DNA of 64,000 nucleotides from Barthelona sp. PCE (Eukaryota): assembly GCA_040285745.1 (NCBI GenBank), contig JAUFOR010000008.1, positions 806,001-870,000 on the forward strand. Reading direction: 5' to 3'. The first letter of the stretch is position 1. Each line of letters opens with the position of its first letter. The position numbers were made by a program, and so were the translations under genes. Positions 9,036 to 20,922 of the stretch are shown here, one piece after another. The notes under the pieces were generated by a model. That model saw nothing but the letters and a program-made list of their open reading frames with translations. It did no database searches and was not told the DNA's origin.

Positions 9036-11282
9036 ATGATTATTCACTGTCTTTCTGGTTCTTTGGACCACCTGAAAGCTGTTCTTTGCACGACTTTAGT
9101 GCGTAACTTAGAAATCACATGGGAGTACATTGATCCTCTTGTTTCTCAGCCTACTTGTAGCTTCTACGTGACTGATGACAACGGAAACATCTTCGATCAG
9201 CCCGGTCTCGCCCCCCTTGTTGCTATTTGTAGTGGAAAGACGTTTGTTAATGGTGCACAACTTAAGTTTTTCGAGCTTATTTCCGTTCACTTTGAGCGTT
9301 ACTTTGACGTCATTCTCGCTGAGCACATGGGCATTGCTGATTACTCTAATGATCACATTAGCCATTGTCAACAAAAGGTAAACCAATTCCTTGACTATCT
9401 TGATCAACATCTCGCTTCAAGCAATTTCGTTGCTGGAAACAAACCCCAGCCCGTCGATGGATACGTTTATGCTTGTATCTACCCTCTTATTATTGATAAA
9501 GATCTCAACGCTCTGCTTGAGGGAAAGTCTGGAATCGCAAAGTGGATTGGTAAATGGCGTCGTTTTGCCAAGCTCGTCGAGCCCTTCACCATGGATACTT
9601 TCCGCATCGTACAGCTCGTTACAGTTGTCCCACATCACCTGCGTCGTGAGTACGAGATCCGCGAACCCGAGTCTGCATATTACACCACCCCCATTTACTA
9701 CGTCAACGGAGAGCCCCACGTCGGCCACGTTTACACAACGCTGCTCACTGATATCGCTGTGCGCTGGCACCGTATGATGGGCTGGGACGTTTTGTTCCAG
9801 ACAGGCACTGACGAGCATGGCCTCAAGGTGCAACAGACCGCAGAGAAGAACGGAGTCGAGCCCAAAGATTGGTGTGACTCCCTTATTCCCCCCTTTAAGG
9901 AGGCGTTTGAGAGATACAACTTCTCCTACGATCGATTTATCAGAACAACTGACGAGGATCACGTGGAGGCAGCAACCTTCATGTGGAAGAAGCTTCTGGA
10001 GGGCGATCACATCTATCGCGGTGAGTTTAAGTCTTGGTACTCTGTGAGCGATGAGCAGTTTTTGACAAACATGGACGTTGAGCCCTTGAAGGATGCTAAC
10101 GGTCAGGATGTTATCGAAGACGGTGAGGTTGTGCATATCTCAACGCTGAGTGGGCACAGAGTTGTCTGGCAGTGCGAGGAGAACTTTATGTTCCGCCTCA
10201 CCAACTTCCAGGACATTCTTCTTGAGCACTATGAGCGTCATCCTGAGTTTGTATCCCCGTACATCCGCAAGAAGGAGATGCTCATGTTCATTAGAAGCGG
10301 CCTCCGTGACATCTCCTTCTCGAGGAGCCACGTGTCATGGGGCATCCCCGTTCCTGATTGCGAGGGTGAAACGATGTATGTGTGGTGCGATGCCCTCACC
10401 AACTACCTCACTGGAACAGGCTGGCCTGTACAGGAGACCAAGTGGTGGCCTGCGTCAGTGCATTTGATCGGAAAGGACATTCTTCGCTTCCATGCTGTTA
10501 TTTGGCCTGCTATGCTAATTGCGGCCGGCATCGAGCTCCCGAAGCGCATCATTGCCCACGGGTGGTGGACACGCAACGGACAGAAGATCTCAAAGTCCTT
10601 GGGTAATGCATTTGACGTCTTTGAGATGGCTGATACTTGGGGCGTCGATCTCCTCAGATACTACATGGCTGGCGCTACCTCTCATGGCAGCGACGGCGAT
10701 TTTGTGGACGCTCACCTTGCGCAGGCATATCTTTCTGACCTTGCAGACTCTCTTGGTAACATCATATGCCGCGCTGTCGCCCTCACCGTCACTGAGTCCG
10801 ACTGCGTCCCTGCATTCAACGAAGAGAAGATGACCGAGTTGGATCACGACATCCTGAAGAAAATGCGCGTTCTTTGTGGTGCTATCGATCATCAAATGAT
10901 TAGTATTGAAACTTCCCGTGTTGTTCAGCTTATTCGTGAGTTTGTGGGTGATTTGAATTCCTACTTCCAGGCACGTGCTCCTTGGAAACTACTCAAAACC
11001 GATAAGGATGAGCGTGATACTGTCATCTATATTGTCCAGGATCTTTTACGTCGTGTCGCTATTGTTTTGTCTCCTTTCATGCCTGAAACCATGACCAAGT
11101 TGTTAGACATCCTCGCTGTTGCTCCTGAACATCGTGTCGGCAAGGATTCCCTTTTGAACGAGTGTATTGTCAGTGGAACCAAGTTAAACCTTGAAAATGT
11201 TGTACTTTTCCCTAAGGATATGCCTGTTCTGAAGGACTTTTATGTTGCCAAGCACCAAAAGGGTAAGAAGGGTAAAAAGTAA
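9036..11282 (+). CDS. MARS: methionyl-tRNA synthetase (MetRS1-type core with N-terminal GST-like domain)
   Basis: YYTTPIYYVNGEPHVGH (HIGH motif), GTDEHG, FIRTT, YVWCDAL, IGKDILRFH and KISKSLGN (KMSKS motif). N-terminal GST-C-like segment FLDYLDQHLASSNFVAGNKPQPVD. Confidence 0.95.
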   Translation: MIIHCLSGSLDHLKAVLCTTLVRNLEITWEYIDPLVSQPTCSFYVTDDNGNIFDQPGLAPLVAICSGKTFVNGAQLKFFELISVHFERYFDVILAEHMGIADYSNDHISHCQQKVNQFLDYLDQHLASSNFVAGNKPQPVDGYVYACIYPLIIDKDLNALLEGKSGIAKWIGKWRRFAKLVEPFTMDTFRIVQLVTVVPHHLRREYEIREPESAYYTTPIYYVNGEPHVGHVYTTLLTDIAVRWHRMMGWDVLFQTGTDEHGLKVQQTAEKNGVEPKDWCDSLIPPFKEAFERYNFSYDRFIRTTDEDHVEAATFMWKKLLEGDHIYRGEFKSWYSVSDEQFLTNMDVEPLKDANGQDVIEDGEVVHISTLSGHRVVWQCEENFMFRLTNFQDILLEHYERHPEFVSPYIRKKEMLMFIRSGLRDISFSRSHVSWGIPVPDCEGETMYVWCDALTNYLTGTGWPVQETKWWPASVHLIGKDILRFHAVIWPAMLIAAGIELPKRIIAHGWWTRNGQKISKSLGNAFDVFEMADTWGVDLLRYYMAGATSHGSDGDFVDAHLAQAYLSDLADSLGNIICRAVALTVTESDCVPAFNEEKMTELDHDILKKMRVLCGAIDHQMISIETSRVVQLIREFVGDLNSYFQARAPWKLLKTDKDERDTVIYIVQDLLRRVAIVLSPFMPETMTKLLDILAVAPEHRVGKDSLLNECIVSGTKLNLENVVLFPKDMPVLKDFYVAKHQKGKKGKK

Positions 11283-11337
11283 ATGTTTTGTATCACAAAT
11301 TTTTATTAGTTGAAGAATTTTTTTGATTTGTTTAAAG

Positions 11338-11880
11338 TTACTCAAGGGCTGCACGCTTAGGAGCTGCCTCTTCATCATGTAAGGGGACATCAAAGTCTTT
11401 CAGATCTTCATTGGAAGTGAGGGTGAACAAAGTTTCGTTTTCAGTAATGCTGATGCGTCTTTCTTTATGTTTCCGATCGAGTTTCTTGTGAAGCATCTCC
11501 GCCGGTGAGCTACATTGTGAACTTATACCGGGTGAAAAAGCTCTGAATTCTATTGGTTTTGTGAAGGGTGACAGCTCTTGTTCGCATTGTACACTAAATG
11601 TTTTGGCTTCCTGTGGCCTTAGTAGCGAACTTGAGCGCTTTCGTGTTGTCATTTGAGAGGAACTACTGTGTTGAGATCCAGCAATGACAAAATTATCTTC
11701 CATGCTTGGAAGCTCTCCTGAAGATGTCAATTTCTGGGGAGTGCTTCCTAAAGAACCACTACTGGTACATCTATGGCTGCTATTATATGTATTTGTTGTT
11801 GTTTGTGGGCTTCCGACAATTGACGGAGCCTCTGGACTATCGATCGTTTCATTTTCTGTTTTTGAACCAACCAAGCTCAT
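11338..11880 (-). CDS. hypothetical Ser-rich disordered protein
   Basis: 180-codon ORF from the ATG at 11880; many SP/TP sites and an RKRSSS motif. Confidence 0.55.
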   Translation of the reverse strand: MSLVGSKTENETIDSPEAPSIVGSPQTTTNTYNSSHRCTSSGSLGSTPQKLTSSGELPSMEDNFVIAGSQHSSSSQMTTRKRSSSLLRPQEAKTFSVQCEQELSPFTKPIEFRAFSPGISSQCSSPAEMLHKKLDRKHKERRISITENETLFTLTSNEDLKDFDVPLHDEEAAPKRAALE

Positions 11881-12404
11881 TTCATAAAAGGAATAGTAAA
11901 ACTCGAACAAGAAGAGGGATATGTTTTTAAATACAGATGCGTCTGCTTAAGAGCGAAAATATGGTTAGAAATATTCGCCATCCAATATTTAAAGCTGGGT
12001 TTCAGGTTAAACATATCCTTTAAACCAATTTAGTTCTGTAACTGGAAAAATTGAAATGACGTAATTAGCAAAGCACTTTAATTGCTATGAGCAAGTATAA
12101 AATGCATGGGTTAGCGTATGAAAGATATTTGATATACGATATAAAGCACAATTATGAACTACATTTTTCCCCTGCATTTTTATCCAATTCTTCAGCGCAG
12201 GTGGGTTAATTTTGTGCTAAGGGCCCCAAAAATAACAATTATCGGTCAGAAAACTGTTTGCATAAATGAAGGCTTAATTTTCAGAGTATTGTAAGTTTTC
12301 CAACCTCATATCGATTTTAAAAAGCTATCAAGACGTTTGCAAACGTGTTTGTTGTGAAGAATATGCTATACCGATTTCATCTTTTATCACATTTTTTTTA
12401 TACA

Positions 12405-13331
12405 ATGAATCATGGGGGAAGTATAGAAGACAAAGTAACTTTGTTGGAGTCAGAAAAGAGTGCTCGGGATGAGAACCTCAAGCGGCTAATCGTGTTTTCC
12501 GTTATCAATTTGGTTTTTTTCTTCATTGAACTACTTGTGGGCTTTCTAAGTAACAGTGTTGCCATCGTGGCGGATGCTTTACACGTAATATGCGATTGTT
12601 TTAGCTTTGTACTTAGCATATTTGGTATACTTCAAGCCAAATCATCAAAACGGAGAAGAGGATTCAGTTACGGCAACGAGCGATTCGAGCTTGTCACCGC
12701 GTTCTTGAATTCAGTACTACTGTGCTACTTAGGCCTTAGTTTAGTCTATGAAGGAATTGAGAATATATTAAAACCGCACTTGTTGTCGCACAAGGGAGAA
12801 ATGCTCTTTGTCGCCGTATGTTCGTTCACAATGAACATGTTTGGAACCTTTTACATTGGGCATGACCACGACCATGATCACGACGACACAGGGCACAAAG
12901 AAAATATGCAATCCGTGATATTCCATCTGTTAGCTGATTTGGCAGGTTCACTCAGCGTTCTGGTGTGTATTTTTTTGATTAAGTTCTTTAATATCAACAA
13001 GGCGGACGGGTTTGCTTCGGTTTTTCTAGGTTTTTGCATATTTGCAGCCGTGATACCGCTCTTCCGCAGCACATTCAGTATTCTTATGCAGGGGCTAACA
13101 CATAAACAGGACGAAATGAGAAAAGCTGTTCTTCAGCAAATTAAGGAAATGAGCGATGTTGTTGTTGTTTCTTCTTCTCACATGTGGCAGCTCAGTGCGT
13201 CACACATAGTCGCGTCTCTGCACGTGCGATGTCACCCAGATGCTGACTATGAGATTTGTTATGATAAGATCTCTGCACTGTGTTCGGCCTTCGTCAATGA
13301 GTTGTACCTACAAATTGACATTGACATGTGA
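12405..13331 (+). CDS. cation diffusion facilitator (ZnT/SLC30-type zinc transporter)
   Basis: Six TM segments; ADALHVICD and FHLLAD HxxxD metal sites; FSYGNERFE; His-rich loop HDHDHDHDD; C-terminal HMW...ASLHV. Confidence 0.92.
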   Translation: MNHGGSIEDKVTLLESEKSARDENLKRLIVFSVINLVFFFIELLVGFLSNSVAIVADALHVICDCFSFVLSIFGILQAKSSKRRRGFSYGNERFELVTAFLNSVLLCYLGLSLVYEGIENILKPHLLSHKGEMLFVAVCSFTMNMFGTFYIGHDHDHDHDDTGHKENMQSVIFHLLADLAGSLSVLVCIFLIKFFNINKADGFASVFLGFCIFAAVIPLFRSTFSILMQGLTHKQDEMRKAVLQQIKEMSDVVVVSSSHMWQLSASHIVASLHVRCHPDADYEICYDKISALCSAFVNELYLQIDIDM

Positions 13332-13429
13332 TGTAAATATGATTGAGTTACTTTTAAAGTAATTTGTGGGTGTATTGGCCTTTTTCACCTCTATCATTTT
13401 TTGTTAATATTTGGTTATTATTGCTTGTA

Positions 13430-15054
13430 ATGCCCAGGGCTGTTGACTTTGTTACACAAAATTTTTCTTTTAGAACTTTGAAACATCAAATCGCTGTTTC
13501 AAGTACTTTTGATGATTCTTTTAATAACAGGACACTCGAATTGATCGAAAAGCATGACGGCATGGTGATTTATGGACCAACATCGCTTGATCAATTTTCA
13601 GATAGCAAGTACAAAGATTTTGATATGATGAAACCAACATTGCTGGAAGAAAACATATATTACAGGACTTCCCACAAGGGAGTTTCAAGGTCCAGAGTTG
13701 AGTTTTTTGAGTTTAGAGGAGGAGAATTCATTTTTCTGGAACATAGGGACTTAATGTTTTATTTTCAGGGTTTTATGTTAAACAGAAGGTTTTTAGTCAA
13801 TGAAAAAAGATCTTTTGATGGGAAAATACTTGAAATACTTGATTTAACACAAGAAATCAATGCTGTTTGTTGTCACATCAATGATGACGTTCAACGTTTC
13901 AGGTACATTGAGCAATCTGGACTCGTATGTGTAATTGGAGTACCCAGAAGAGGCAATTACAAATGTCTATGCGTGATTTCTTTGGTAGAATCACAACCGA
14001 TCGTGATAGGCGGTCACCCACTGTTGGATATTGGCATCATTGCATTGGATTTGACTCCTGGGGCCCAGCACTGCATTGTGGAGCGAGAAGGGAAACCGTG
14101 GGCATGCGTTGTAGGTGATGAGTTAACATATCTTCCATTCGCAGATGATGCTTATCTTTCTTTCATGAATGATTTTTCATCTAAGGAGTTTGTTCGTATT
14201 TTAGGCAGCGTTGTGTTATGTCCCATGAACTACAAGTTCTGTTTCGACGTGTATTGTGATCAGTGGAACTTTGTATTGCTGGAAAATGTTATCTATTGCA
14301 CAGAGTTTGACGCCAACTCAGGTCAATCAATTTTCTATCAAATGAGGAAGCAAACGACCAGGTGTATGTTTTGTTTTGGTTTAGATTTGATCCCACTGTC
14401 TGAAAAGCTCATGAATCAGAACTTTTTTACTTTTCCGATTGTTGGTAATTTTTACAAGAATTCAGTTACTTTACTGAGCCCGTCTGATGACTTCAAGAAT
14501 CATACATTGCAAGGTATGCACCGCTTTTATGATCTTGAAGAAGAAAAACACAGTTACTCTTGGTTTACTGAAGATGATGATCGAACATGCCGTTTGTACA
14601 TTGATGATAGGTTAGTGGCCAGTTTTGACATCCCAAAAGATGTCAGGTCTTATAAAGTTGCGCTTAACAACCGTATTTATGTTGTATGCTTTCAATTTAG
14701 TGAATTTGATCATCTTGTGTTGGTTAATGGGACGCAGGTATGTAGAGCAAATAACATACGATATTTAAAGGTAGTTATGTCTGGTTTGTTAGGGATAAAC
14801 ATTATGTTACATTAGTTGCCTTGAATGAGAACAATGAAGTGGTTTTCTTGAAAGAGAAATTTTTTGAGTTTATGATTGAAATGATCCTGAATCCATACAA
14901 TAGTGGGATATGTCATATCAAGAATGCGAAGCAGTCTATTATTATGTGTTTAGATAAAGATAGGGATGACTTTAAGTTCCTTCCAATTACAAGTGATTGT
15001 ATGTGTCCTTGTTTTATGGATACCCATTTGTTATACACAGGCAGCAAGGAGTAG
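13430..15054 (+). CDS. hypothetical beta-rich protein, probably two exons or frameshifted near 14740-14770
   Basis: ORF 13430-14815 is continued by a second frame (IFKGSYVWFVRDK...) of similar composition, open to 15054. A CAG|GTATGT donor lies at 14738. Confidence 0.55.
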
Positions 15055-15138
15055 CAGTTACATACATGCATAAGAGAGTAAGTATAAGTAAAACAAATTG
15101 GAAAACAAGTTTATTAGCGAATGGAGTACGCAAAAAGA

Positions 15139-16586
<1,448 letters not shown>

Positions 16587-16896
16587 TAGAAATGAATAGA
16601 ATACAAAGAAAGATGAAAAACCTTTTGCAAGTAGGAGCAAGAAAATTCAAACTACACATTGCTTCATGCAGACTAGTTCACTGAAAAAACTTCGCGCGGA
16701 AGTCAAAACTGAGTTGAATTCAGACTTTGAAAGATTGCCTGCAAATATTTTTCTGCTTTTGGAACACTTATCAGGAAATAAATTGTTGAACACAGGAATT
16801 TAAACAGCGTAAAAACACCCATAGTAGTTTTTTATTTGTAGTAGTTGTAGTAGTTCCATTGTCAATTTTGTTTGTTGCTTTATATTGATTTTGCAC

Positions 16897-18492
16897 ATGA
16901 AAGATTCAGCGAAATCTGGATTAAATGGCAGTTCATGTACAGGAACCACATTGGAAAGCATAAAATGTGAATATGGGCAATTTTCTTTCGAACTTATACG
17001 TTTTGCGGATGATTCTTGGCATTTGATAATGTCAGACGATGTTTCTAACAATGTTTGTCACCATATACTCGATAATGGAATGCATAGAGCACTTGAGCGT
17101 GGTGCAGCACCGATGCTTGCTTGTGATTCAGACTTTGTCGTGCTTGCCGTCTCAGGTTATGGTATAGGGCGATGCAAAACACTCATGCACATTTACGCAT
17201 GGAAAGACAATTCAATAATGTCTTGTGTTGGTCATTATTCAATTCAACAGAGATGGTCCAAATTGACAGTATGCTGTGGGAAACTATCCGCGTTCCACAA
17301 AGACACTCTGATAACGTACAAGATACGATCTGATGGAGTTTTAGTTGATGGTAGAGCACAAAGCGTACAGTTTAGATCAAATTCTGTGATTGCATCATGT
17401 CCAAACGAATGGTACATGCTAGCAGTAGCAGATGATCAGCTTAGGGTCCAGCTACCTATGTTGTACAACATCGTGTCTGATACTAAAGTTGTGTTACCTT
17501 ATGTAGATTTTTGTAACATCATTGCCAAAGATGGTGAAATCGGGTTCACAGCTGTTTCTCTTTCTGACAAATGTACAGATGTCTATGTTTCAATTTCACT
17601 CCCCAACAATACCGAACATGTGTTGTTTGTGATGAAGAGCCACTCATGTGAAAGTAACGATGTTGAATCTACTGATAATGAATTGCAGTTCACTGAAGTG
17701 GATTACCAACCGGAGATATGCTTCGAACCAAATACAGATATGCCAACCGACATGCCAAATTTAATCGATTGCGTTGTAGAGGCGAGTTGTATTGAAGAAC
17801 CTGTAAGTACCAATACCAAAGTCATATATGATTGTGGCCTGACTTTGGGATCTCCTATCAGCGAATGTCGATTTGATACATCATATTTTACAATTTTCTC
17901 TGTTGATGGAAATATTTGTGTTAGTTCCATGGATGTTTCCGAAAATTTATTCACGTTTTGCACAGATATTGCATTTGATGAGAATTGCAGTTATATTTTA
18001 AGTGTTTATGGGGAATATTTAGCAATATGTGTATCATCAAGAACTGATTTAAGCATAGTTCATTTCTTTATTCAAACTGAGGGGAAGTTACAGGTTTTGT
18101 TCAACGAAAATTTTCAGAATATTTGCAATTTTGTCTTGGGCGAGAATGGAACATTTAGTCTCATCCAGGATGATGCTACAGTTAAATTGTATGAAATAGT
18201 TACCGATAAAGTTCTTTGTTATGAAAGTTATTCATTTTTGGATCCTGAAGTAGCCTTCAGATTATGTAAGAGTAATTGGCTGGAGTGCCAAAATATGTCT
18301 TTGCCTCAATCAGTCAATTCTAAAGTCGAAGAAAAAGAAGAAGAAGAAGAAGATATTCCAGAGTGTTATTCGGAGGATGAGATTCCCTTGGAGATGAAAA
18401 AAGAAGAAGGTGGTAGATTTAAGCAATTATATTTGCTCTTTATGGTAATTATTGCAGTTTTTGTAGTCACTTTAGTTGTTCTTCTAATGTAG
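16897..18492 (+). CDS. hypothetical beta-rich protein with C-terminal TM anchor (tail-anchored-like)
   Basis: 531-codon ORF; an acidic stretch is followed by a terminal hydrophobic helix LYLLFMVIIAVFVVTLVVLLM. Confidence 0.65.
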   Translation: MKDSAKSGLNGSSCTGTTLESIKCEYGQFSFELIRFADDSWHLIMSDDVSNNVCHHILDNGMHRALERGAAPMLACDSDFVVLAVSGYGIGRCKTLMHIYAWKDNSIMSCVGHYSIQQRWSKLTVCCGKLSAFHKDTLITYKIRSDGVLVDGRAQSVQFRSNSVIASCPNEWYMLAVADDQLRVQLPMLYNIVSDTKVVLPYVDFCNIIAKDGEIGFTAVSLSDKCTDVYVSISLPNNTEHVLFVMKSHSCESNDVESTDNELQFTEVDYQPEICFEPNTDMPTDMPNLIDCVVEASCIEEPVSTNTKVIYDCGLTLGSPISECRFDTSYFTIFSVDGNICVSSMDVSENLFTFCTDIAFDENCSYILSVYGEYLAICVSSRTDLSIVHFFIQTEGKLQVLFNENFQNICNFVLGENGTFSLIQDDATVKLYEIVTDKVLCYESYSFLDPEVAFRLCKSNWLECQNMSLPQSVNSKVEEKEEEEEDIPECYSEDEIPLEMKKEEGGRFKQLYLLFMVIIAVFVVTLVVLLM

Positions 18493-18694
18493 TTTTTATT
18501 ATTTGCAAGTTACGTGATGGGCCCTGAATATGGTATACGAAAATCAACATCATGCCTACGTACTAATGTTAGTAAGTTACGAATATGCCGCCATTATTTT
18601 TGTATTTTGTATTATAACGTAAATAGCATAGAATTCGTGTTTCCATGGGAATTGAGCTCATTAAACGAGGCAGCATGTATTTTTTACTTTGTAA

Positions 18695-20545
18695 ATGGTC
18701 GTTCAGCTATATATCACCCTTTCACATATGTCCAGGTTAATTGGCATCAACTTCCCGTTCAAGCCGGTTGAAGAGGGCGTTGAAGCGGACGTAATTCAAT
18801 GCAAAACGTCAAGGTTCAAGTATCCAAAAAATACGATCGTGGGGTCACTCAATAGCGCTTTCGTTCTGTTGAATGAAGAGAAAGTGGTGTTTATCACACA
18901 TAACTTACACGATCTAACCATTTGCGAACTTGATTTACACACATTAGAAACTTTAACGCAGAAGAACCTTTGTTTCTCTCAAAAAATCACATCAACAGTC
19001 TGCTATCACGAGGGATACTGCATCATCGCAACTGTTTACGGGGAACTATTTGTTGTTGGAGTTAATTCGGATGAACTTTACCAAACAAAGTTTTCTAGTG
19101 GTGTTTTAGAGATTAAGAGCACCCCCTACGGATTTATAGTTGTGGATTCACAGGGATGTGTCACACAATGCTCTATTTCAGATGAAAAGATCCGCAAAAC
19201 CTCCCTGCAAACCAAAAAGTGTGGGAAAGAGATTTATTCACTGTCTGTCAACGGTATGCACTGGTCATGCTTTGGTGCAAACGGCGTACTCTTCACTGGA
19301 TCCTTTGTTGAGCATTCAAGGCCAACGCTAACAGAGTTTGATGCTCCACTAGCGGATTGCTTAGCTGTTTATGAGGACACCGTCTATTATCATTACAATC
19401 ACTTTCTTCATTCACTGTCAGGTGATGTGGAGCAGTCGTTGCTGTTCCCTAAGGAGGTCAAGTCTATGCTTTGTATCGATGATCTTCTCTTTATTCTCAC
19501 AGTCAATGATGGTCTTTACATTAGCCACGTGTACGACGGGCACATGACAGACCCCCATGCGGTTGCCAACACCGAGGAGGCACTTGCAATGCACGAGCAC
19601 GAAAAGAACATTGTCCTTTCCACACACAGCGGTTGTGTACTCTTGTTACCCACAAAGAGCAAGGCTGTCTTGAAGATGACAAGCCGCGAATATGAAATCC
19701 CAATTGCACAGTATAACTTCCTGTTACAGTCAGAAGAGCTCGATGATACGTGGGGAGTTGAGTGGACGACCAAACTAGGCATGTTGCAGATTATTAGCGA
19801 ATCGAGATTTGTTGGTAGCCAGCTCCTGTCTGTCGTTTTGGACGCGCTGAGCGACCTACCGTTGATTGATAACCCTCCAGCTTTGCTTGATGATTTTGAT
19901 TTTTGCTTGTGGGGTGTCATTACATTAATGGCACATCACAGACATAGCGTTATCTGTGATATCCTGGGTACATACAAGCGCACCCTCGAGTCTCCACCTC
20001 TCTTCTCGCTTTTCGTTGAAGCAATGGTTCGCAGCGGAACACCTGTTGACGATAGTGTGGCTGTGCATCTGCTGCTGTTTGACGAGGAACACCCACATGT
20101 TGCTTTGTTTGAGGAGTGGAACGGCACTGACTTGAAGACTCACATTGGTTCTTTCGTTCATTTAACACCGTGCTTACTCCCTATTGTATTAAATTTCGCA
20201 GTTGATGACTTGATTGTTATTTTCATGAAGATTGTTGATGCAGGACATCCAACAACAGCTTTCACTCTCCTTAACAGACTTGCGAAGTGCGAGTATGGTG
20301 TCCAAGAGGAGCTAATTGGTGTTTTACTGGATAAATACATTGAACTAGATAGGGTACATGAAGTTTCACACCTGCCTTGGATGGGCAGTCATATCAAGAC
20401 CGTAATTGAGCTGCTACATGGTAGTCAGAACACATCAGCTTCATGCGCATTCGATTTTTGTATCACTAGAAAACTATGGAGGGAAGCAAGTGAAGTTGCG
20501 CCTGGTGATGATGAGAAATCTTTGGCACTGCGTATGATGATCTAA
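18695..20545 (+). CDS. beta-propeller plus helical protein, possibly ELYS/AHCTF1-like nucleoporin
   Basis: The N-terminal half has a propeller-like strand pattern. C-terminal LLLFDEEH...IVDAGHPTTAF...HLPW...FCITRKLWREA resembles the ELYS domain by eye. The CDS itself is solid; the identity is tentative. Confidence 0.45.
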   Translation: MVVQLYITLSHMSRLIGINFPFKPVEEGVEADVIQCKTSRFKYPKNTIVGSLNSAFVLLNEEKVVFITHNLHDLTICELDLHTLETLTQKNLCFSQKITSTVCYHEGYCIIATVYGELFVVGVNSDELYQTKFSSGVLEIKSTPYGFIVVDSQGCVTQCSISDEKIRKTSLQTKKCGKEIYSLSVNGMHWSCFGANGVLFTGSFVEHSRPTLTEFDAPLADCLAVYEDTVYYHYNHFLHSLSGDVEQSLLFPKEVKSMLCIDDLLFILTVNDGLYISHVYDGHMTDPHAVANTEEALAMHEHEKNIVLSTHSGCVLLLPTKSKAVLKMTSREYEIPIAQYNFLLQSEELDDTWGVEWTTKLGMLQIISESRFVGSQLLSVVLDALSDLPLIDNPPALLDDFDFCLWGVITLMAHHRHSVICDILGTYKRTLESPPLFSLFVEAMVRSGTPVDDSVAVHLLLFDEEHPHVALFEEWNGTDLKTHIGSFVHLTPCLLPIVLNFAVDDLIVIFMKIVDAGHPTTAFTLLNRLAKCEYGVQEELIGVLLDKYIELDRVHEVSHLPWMGSHIKTVIELLHGSQNTSASCAFDFCITRKLWREASEVAPGDDEKSLALRMMI

Positions 20546-20874
20546 CGATACACAGAGCGCCTTGAGATGAGGTAATCGTCAATACACTGCAGAGATCCAT
20601 TACGGATACTATCAATAATAAACATAGAGTTGATAAAGTATGCTGATGGCATTTTCCCTCCTCTAAGGTACTCCTTAATGGATTTCTTGAGTATGACGTG
20701 GGTTACATCTCTATTCATAAACTGAGAAACAATCCCACCATGTGCTTCAATTAGTCTACGTGCTGCATATATAGTTAAGCTTGCTAGTTCATGCCCATGC
20801 TCAAATAAACCATCATTAATGAAGAAATTATGCCCTCTAAACAAGTTACTTATATGTATGGATTCATTATTCAT
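20542..20874 (-). CDS. stand-alone BRCT-domain protein (REV1-BRCT-like)
   Basis: LFRGHNFFIN...LIEAHGG...VTHVI...FIIDSIRNGSL...Y is the BRCT pattern; 110 aa. Confidence 0.75.
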   Translation of the reverse strand: MNNESIHISNLFRGHNFFINDGLFEHGHELASLTIYAARRLIEAHGGIVSQFMNRDVTHVILKKSIKEYLRGGKMPSAYFINSMFIIDSIRNGSLQCIDDYLISRRSVYR

Positions 20875-20922
20875 CAATAAGGTTAGAATTGAAAATTCAT
20901 CCTCTTACATACATAAAAGCAC

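Noticed and set aside
12108-12114. GGGTTAG (CTAACCC) as a telomerase RNA template
   Set aside because: Only 7 nt, shorter than the ~1.5 repeats a template needs.
11390-12276. RNase P/MRP P4-like pairing (AAAGTCTTTCA with TGAAGGCTTA)
   Set aside because: The halves are about 870 nt apart, the 5' half lies inside a credible CDS, and it lacks the GGAA context.
16820-16856. GTAGTA repeats as a U2 branch-pairing sequence
   Set aside because: A simple microsatellite-like run with no flanking U2 features.
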